This document shows, in pieces, positions 58,643 through 64,000 of a stretch of DNA of 64,000 bases. Made by a program: the position numbers and the translations under genes. This DNA comes from an uncultured Chloroflexia bacterium (GTDB taxonomy: Bacteria > Chloroflexota > Limnocylindria > Limnocylindrales > CSP1-4), in contig CAWHDR010000001.1 of NCBI GenBank assembly GCA_963828165.1, positions 1,696,001 through 1,760,000 on the forward strand. The letters are read 5' to 3'. The notes beneath the pieces were generated by a model. It saw only the letters and a program-made list of their open reading frames with translations. It had not been told where the DNA came from and did not search any database. How positions within the stretch are numbered: position 1 is the stretch's first letter; the number at the start of each line of letters is the position of its first letter.

Positions 58643-59626
58643 ATGCCGAAGCTGCGCGCCCCGCGCCCTCGCCGACCCGGCCGTCCGTCCCGTCGCGCCA
58701 CCCCGGGACCGGCGCGCATCGTGGTGCTTGGCGACCTCCTGCTCGATGTCGTCGTCGCCCCGGCGCGGGCGCTCGAGCGCGCGACCGATGTCCCCGGTCG
58801 GGTCTCGCTCGTCCAGGGCGGATCGGCAGCGAACGCAGCACGCTGGCTCGCGCGCCTCGGGGCAAGGACGACGCTCATCGCGGCCGTTGGCCGGGACGCA
58901 GTGGGCCGTTCCCTTGTCGACGCCCTGCGAAGTGACGGCGTCCAGGCGCGGGTCGTCCGCGTGGCCGGGGCGCGGACCGGTCGCATCGGCGTCATCGTCG
59001 CGTCCGACGGCGAGCGGTCATTCGTGGCGGACCGCGGCGCCGCGCTCCAGCTGCGGCCGGAGGACGTGCGAGCCCAATGGTTCACCCGGGCCGACGGGCT
59101 GCACCTGCCGATGTACTCGTTCTTGGGCGAACCGCTGGGCGAGGCAGCCCGTCGGGCCGTGGCGGTGGCCCGCGAGGCGGGCGCGTTCGTCAGCATCGAC
59201 CTGGCATCGATCGGCCCGCTGCTGGAGCTTGGACGTCCCGCGGTGGTGGCGCTCATCAAGGAGGTCGCGCCGGACCTGATCTTCGCGACCGCAGTCGAGG
59301 CGCAGGCCCTCCTGGGCGCCAGCGTAAGCGACAGCCTGCTCGACCACGCGTCGGTCGTCGTCGTGAAGCGCGGCCCGCAAGGAGCCACCGTCCTCGCCCG
59401 AGACGGCGCGGCGAACCTCCGGTTCGAAGTCGCGACCGAACACCGCATCGCCGCCGACACGACGGGCGCCGGCGACGCCTTCGATGCGGGCTTCCTGGTC
59501 GGCTGGTTCGCCGCCCGCGCCGCCGGCCGCTCCCTCCCAGCCGCCCTCCAACGAGCCGCCGTCACAGGCCACCGAGCAGCCGCCCGCCAGTTATCGACGC
59601 CACGCTCCGAATTGCCGCTGGGGTAA
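58643..59626 (+). CDS. PfkB family carbohydrate kinase
   Basis: GGSAAN, VGRD..G, VVKRGPQG, DTTGAGDAF. Confidence 0.9.
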   Translation: MPKLRAPRPRRPGRPSRRATPGPARIVVLGDLLLDVVVAPARALERATDVPGRVSLVQGGSAANAARWLARLGARTTLIAAVGRDAVGRSLVDALRSDGVQARVVRVAGARTGRIGVIVASDGERSFVADRGAALQLRPEDVRAQWFTRADGLHLPMYSFLGEPLGEAARRAVAVAREAGAFVSIDLASIGPLLELGRPAVVALIKEVAPDLIFATAVEAQALLGASVSDSLLDHASVVVVKRGPQGATVLARDGAANLRFEVATEHRIAADTTGAGDAFDAGFLVGWFAARAAGRSLPAALQRAAVTGHRAAARQLSTPRSELPLG

Positions 59627-59699
59627 GAGTCCAATCCGGCCAGAGTCGGCGAGCGGACGCCAGGCGACGGCCCGGGGACAGGACCCGCCGAGGACGACC

Positions 59700-61307
59700 C
59701 TACGACCCCCGCGTGATCCGGACGTCGTCGATCTCGACCTCGACCAGGCTGTTGCTCCCGCCATCGACCGCCGCGAAGTGGATGCGGACCGACTGGCCGG
59801 CCCACGCGTCGACGGAGGCCGCGATGGATCGCCATACGCCATCGACGTCGGCCGGCTTGGCGGTCAGCGTGATGACCGGGTGACGGGTGCCGTCCGAGGT
59901 CTCGATGCTGGCGACCAGTCGATCGGCGGAGGTCGAGTTCGCGCCGTGGGCGAGCACATACCGGAAGAACAGCCGCTGGCCCGGCGCGGTGGACAGCCGG
60001 ATCGCCGGGCTCCGCAGCGAGGTCCGCCCGTCGAGGTCGTTCGCATTCGCCGAGGTTCCGGCGCCGCCACCCGTCACGAACGCGCGTGATCCCGACGGGA
60101 CGTTCGTCAGCTGCTTCGCGCCGCTCGATGACGTCGCCGCCGGGTTCGCACGGGAGAACTTGCCGCTCGTCGCCGTGTCGGTCCCGTCGGGGTCGTAGGT
60201 CCAGCCGCGAAACACCTCGAGGTCGTCGTCGAACGCGCCGCAGCGCGCCAGCCGAACCTGCTCGCCCAGGACGCTGAGCGGGCACGAGGCGCGCTCGGCG
60301 AGGTACAGGACGGCTTCCTTGTTCCGGCCCGTTTCGCTCGAGATCTTCGAGTCGTCCGGGTATTCGGTGACGGACAGCTCGAACGTGTACGAATAGGTCC
60401 GATACATTCCGTACAGGAAGTCGCGCGTCGTGCCGGAGGTGATGTAGAGGCTGCTCGCCTGGATCGGTCGGTAGCCGTTGCTCGCCGCCATCTTCTTGCC
60501 GATGGCGACGAGCGCGTCGTGATCGGCGCGGGTCATGTCACTCGGGATGTCGGTGTACGTGTAGCCGTACGGCCACATGACGAGCCTTCCGGACTCATGG
60601 AACGAGACGGCGACCCTGATCTGCTGGCGCCCGCCGATGACGCGGCTGGCCAGGAAGTCGCGGACGGCGCGGGCCTCCGGCGTCGAAAGGGCCTTCGTCC
60701 CGCGGTACGTGATGGCCTGTGGGTTCGAGCTCGTACGACCGCCACCGCCCCAGCGGTACCCGTAGTTCCGGTTGAGATCCGTCCCGGTATGCGGCGTTCC
60801 CGGCGTGGGCTGGCGGTTCTTGCGCCAGTGGTGGAACTTGCCGCCGGAGATGTCGTGTTCGGCGCCGTCCGGGTTGGCGAGGAAGATGATCCAGATCTCG
60901 CGGGTGTTCACGATGTTCCTGATGCGCGTGGTCGTGCTGTAGCCGTCGGTCAGCCAGCGCATGACCTTGAGGGCCAGCTCGACGCCCATGTGCTCATCGG
61001 CGTGGTGACCGCCCTCGTACAGGACTTCGGGCTCAGCCTCGTCGATGCCGACGTGGTCCGAGATCTTCATCGCCCAGATCTCGCGGCCTTGGTAGCTCTT
61101 GCCGACGCTGAAGCGCTTGGCGATGTCTGGGTGGGCGGTTTCGACCGCCTTTGCGGCGGCCGCGACCTCGGCGTAGGTGTGATAGCCCGAGAAACCAGCC
61201 GGGAATTCATCGGCGCCGAGCGCCGTCGAGGGCAGGATCAAGAGCGCGGCGAGGGCGAACGCCGTCGCGGCGCCGCGCGGGGAGGCCAAACGGGGGAAGG
61301 TCGGCAT
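59700..61307 (-). CDS. secreted M14 zinc carboxypeptidase with a C-terminal beta domain
   Basis: HHADE, NPDG, WRKNR, DLNRN, SFH, FEL; signal peptide. Confidence 0.9.
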   Translation of the reverse strand: MPTFPRLASPRGAATAFALAALLILPSTALGADEFPAGFSGYHTYAEVAAAAKAVETAHPDIAKRFSVGKSYQGREIWAMKISDHVGIDEAEPEVLYEGGHHADEHMGVELALKVMRWLTDGYSTTTRIRNIVNTREIWIIFLANPDGAEHDISGGKFHHWRKNRQPTPGTPHTGTDLNRNYGYRWGGGGRTSSNPQAITYRGTKALSTPEARAVRDFLASRVIGGRQQIRVAVSFHESGRLVMWPYGYTYTDIPSDMTRADHDALVAIGKKMAASNGYRPIQASSLYITSGTTRDFLYGMYRTYSYTFELSVTEYPDDSKISSETGRNKEAVLYLAERASCPLSVLGEQVRLARCGAFDDDLEVFRGWTYDPDGTDTATSGKFSRANPAATSSSGAKQLTNVPSGSRAFVTGGGAGTSANANDLDGRTSLRSPAIRLSTAPGQRLFFRYVLAHGANSTSADRLVASIETSDGTRHPVITLTAKPADVDGVWRSIAASVDAWAGQSVRIHFAAVDGGSNSLVEVEIDDVRITRGS

Positions 61308-61389
61308 GTCGCGCATCGTGCGCCCGCGAGGTGCATCGGCACACCGGCGAGTTGGGGCCAGCGGCACCCGGCGAACGTCCCATGCGCCC

Positions 61390-63501
61390 TCAGCGCAGGT
61401 GGCGGTCGAACCAGTCGAGCATCCTGGTCATCCGGTCGATCCGGCGGTCCGGCCGGCCCGCCGAGGCGTATACGTGCGACTCCTCCGGGTAGAGGACGTA
61501 CTCGACCTCGCGACCCAGCTGGCGCAGCGCGACGAACAGCTGCTCGTTGTCTGCGGCCGGGCAGCGCAGGTCGGACTCGGCCTGGAGGATCAACAGCGGC
61601 GTTCGGATCGACGCCACGTTGCGGAGCGGTGACTGCCGCCAGAGCTTGTCGATGCCCTCGGGGCTCAACGGATCGCCCATGAGCGACGCGCGGGTGTACT
61701 CGGGGCCGCTGTCGGAATTGGCCCAGCTCGCGATCTGGTTCGTGACGCCGTTTTCGGAGACCCCGGCCTTGAACCGGTCCGTCGTGCCGACCAGCCAATT
61801 GACCATGAAGCCGCCGTAGCTCAGGCCAACGATCCCGAGACGCTCCGGATCGGCGAGGCCAAGCTCGACGACGTGATCGACGGCGGCGTGGACGTCGGCG
61901 GCATCCACCCCGCCCCAGTCGCCCATCTGCGGCCGGATCCAGGCCCGGCCGTACGTCGCCGAACCGCGGATGTTCGGGAGGACCACGCGGTAGCCGGCGG
62001 CGACGAGCAGGAACACCTCGATGTGCGGAGCCGGTGCCCAGGCGCCAAGCGGCCCCCCGTGGACGTCCACCACCGTGGGGAGGGTCTCCCCGCCGGCACC
62101 GGGCGGGGAAGCGATCCAGGTCTCGATGGGCCCGGCTGGGCCTGGCACGTCGAGGAGCCGCATCTCCGGCATCGGGTAGCGGTCCTGCCAGGCCGAGCCG
62201 AACGTCGATCGACGACGGGGGTCGGCCGGGTCGGAATCGTTGGTCGTGTACAGGTCCATGGCGCTCGTGCCGTTGGTGGCGAGAAAGGCGATGTGCGGCG
62301 CTTCCGCCGTCCCGGCGGCGACGGCGATCGTGTGCGTCGTCAGGTCGCCCGTCGCCGCCACCGTCCGATCCACGAGACGGCCGGTCTTGGCGTCGACCGT
62401 GTAGACGTGCGGCTGGGCGCGCCCCCGGTCCGAGACGGTCGCGACGAGGCGGCGATCATCGACCCATGCCGGCCCGTGACGGCCGTTGACCATCCAGCCA
62501 TTGAGGTCCGTGTCCGTCCAGTTGCCGATCGGGCGATCGAGCTCCGGGTCGAGGCCGTGCGGCCGGCCCGAGCCGTCGCCTGGGCCCAGGAGGATGTCGG
62601 GCATGAGATCGTCGAGTGGCTCCGGTTCCAGCACGCCGATCGCAGCGATCCAGCGGCCGTCCGGCGACCACGCCGCGTGGTTCGCCCAGCCGCCGGGCGC
62701 GAGGATCTCGCGTGGTTCGGCGGCCGCGTCGGCGGCGCCGCCGCCACGCTTCGGGGTACCGGCGACGTCCACCGCCCAGATCGTGGTCCGGGGATGCAGG
62801 TCGGCCTGGGGGCCGCGGTCGGCGGTGAAGGCGATCGAACGGCCGCCCGGATGCCAGGCGATGTCCGAGACGCCCCAGTCCCCGCTCGTCACCTGGTGCG
62901 GCTTTCCGTCGCCCCGATCGACGATGAAGAGGTGCGTCCATCGATCGCGATGCCCCTCTTCGTCCCAGCGCCAGTCGGTCCGGGTGATGCGCCGGGCGCG
63001 CGGTGAAGGCGTCTCGGCGACCTTCTCGTTCGATCTGCGCCGCCGGCTGACCGGCGTAGTCGGGCCGACGATGAACCGGGGTGGGTCCACCTCCGCGGTG
63101 AACGCCAGGCGACGGCCGTCGGGTGACCATGCCAGCTCGACGACAGCGCCGTGATCCCCAGTCTTGACGAATCGGACGGGGTGACCGGGCCGCGCCAGAT
63201 CGAGCACCGCGATCCTGGCCGGTGTGTCTTCATCGGTCGGATCCGTTCGCACGAAGGCCACCGTCCGACCGTCGGAGCAGAGACGTGGCCAGGTGTCCCG
63301 CACGGCGCCACGAGTGAGTTGCCGGGGCCGCGGGACCTCGCGGCGTTCGAGGTCGATCGTGAAGAGGTGTCCGTGGTAGCGGTCGCCGTTGATCGAGCGA
63401 CGGACCACGACCGCGAGCCGGCCGTCGGTCGAGAGATCGAGCTCCTCGACCACGACGACGCGGCGGATGTCTTCAGGCGTCATCGGTCGGCGCGCCGGCA
63501 T
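61390..63501 (-). CDS. S9 family peptidase (beta-propeller + alpha/beta hydrolase)
   Basis: WSPDG repeats, HGGP, GLSYGG, DLRC, ESH. Confidence 0.93.
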   Translation of the reverse strand: MPARRPMTPEDIRRVVVVEELDLSTDGRLAVVVRRSINGDRYHGHLFTIDLERREVPRPRQLTRGAVRDTWPRLCSDGRTVAFVRTDPTDEDTPARIAVLDLARPGHPVRFVKTGDHGAVVELAWSPDGRRLAFTAEVDPPRFIVGPTTPVSRRRRSNEKVAETPSPRARRITRTDWRWDEEGHRDRWTHLFIVDRGDGKPHQVTSGDWGVSDIAWHPGGRSIAFTADRGPQADLHPRTTIWAVDVAGTPKRGGGAADAAAEPREILAPGGWANHAAWSPDGRWIAAIGVLEPEPLDDLMPDILLGPGDGSGRPHGLDPELDRPIGNWTDTDLNGWMVNGRHGPAWVDDRRLVATVSDRGRAQPHVYTVDAKTGRLVDRTVAATGDLTTHTIAVAAGTAEAPHIAFLATNGTSAMDLYTTNDSDPADPRRRSTFGSAWQDRYPMPEMRLLDVPGPAGPIETWIASPPGAGGETLPTVVDVHGGPLGAWAPAPHIEVFLLVAAGYRVVLPNIRGSATYGRAWIRPQMGDWGGVDAADVHAAVDHVVELGLADPERLGIVGLSYGGFMVNWLVGTTDRFKAGVSENGVTNQIASWANSDSGPEYTRASLMGDPLSPEGIDKLWRQSPLRNVASIRTPLLILQAESDLRCPAADNEQLFVALRQLGREVEYVLYPEESHVYASAGRPDRRIDRMTRMLDWFDRHLR

Positions 63502-63535
63502 GTGGGCAGGGTAGCGGCGACGCTAGGCTTGCGGC

Positions 63536-64000
63536 ATGCCCATCTCGCTTGCGGTTTCGGAGCGGATCGTCGTTGCCACCGGCGTCGCCACGGCCCTCGC
63601 GGAAGGCCGGCCGGTGGTCGCGCTGGAGTCGACGCTCATCAGCCACGGGTTGCCGTACCCGCAGAATCTCGAGGTCGCGCTCGCGTCCGAGGCGGGCGTG
63701 CGCGAGACCGATGGCGCCGAGCCGGCGACCGTCGCGATCCGAGACGGGCGGCTGCTCGTGGGGCTGGATGCGCAGGCGCTCGAGACGCTGGCGACCGCCC
63801 CGGCTGGCTCGGTGCGCAAGGCGGCACGGCCGACCATGGCCGTCGCGCTGAGCCAAGGCGGTTGGGCGGCCACGACGGTGTCGGCCACGATGATCGCGGC
63901 GCACGCCGCGGGAATCCGGGTGTTCGCGACCGGCGGGATCGGCGGCGTGCACCGGGGCGCCCTGGCTGGTCCCGGGGGCCTGCCGGCATCCTTCGACATC
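63536..64000 (+). CDS. psuG: pseudouridine-5'-phosphate glycosidase (partial, runs off the window)
   Basis: Absent from the ORF track; manual translation gives PVVALESTLISHGLPYPQN, PATVA, ATTVSATM, FATGGIGGVHRG. Confidence 0.93.
   Translation, partial: MPISLAVSERIVVATGVATALAEGRPVVALESTLISHGLPYPQNLEVALASEAGVRETDGAEPATVAIRDGRLLVGLDAQALETLATAPAGSVRKAARPTMAVALSQGGWAATTVSATMIAAHAAGIRVFATGGIGGVHRGALAGPGGLPASFDI

Noticed and set aside
1-64000. CRISPR array, prophage, IS element, rRNA
   Set aside because: No regularly spaced repeats, cas, phage, transposase or rRNA signatures were seen by eye.

Overview
High-GC, gene-dense bacterial chromosome segment. Gene content and style suggest Chloroflexota, possibly Ca. 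Limnocylindria-like (inference). No transposase, integrase, prophage, CRISPR array or rRNA is visible. Main blocks: (1) a selenium/molybdenum formate dehydrogenase island (~11.6-24.3 kb). It holds fdhD, a split NAD-linked FDH whose catalytic gene reads through an in-frame UGA (Sec, 18078-18080) followed by a SECIS hairpin, an inserted CxxC-adenylate cyclase, selD (one-base frameshift), tRNA-Sec, selA, selB and a MobA/P-loop kinase fusion. (2) An SbcD/SbcC-like (YhaO/YhaN) pair, with the ATPase frameshifted. (3) A two-component system. (4) A pentose-phosphate cluster tkt-rpiB-pgi-gnd-zwf-opcA-pgl. (5) Many transporters, hydrolases and peptidases, plus a partial psuG at the right edge. The least explained signals are two unannotated, highly structured intergenic RNA candidates: 38554-38740, with its own promoter behind DnaA-box-like sites, and 56112-56340. 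Also notable are a structured 5'UTR at 31765-31920, a dispersed AGCGTTCCA inverted-repeat family, pervasive leaderless promoters including an 18-bp bidirectional one, and probable CTGA-overlap CUG starts. All assignments come from motif recognition and manual folding; no database searches were run.
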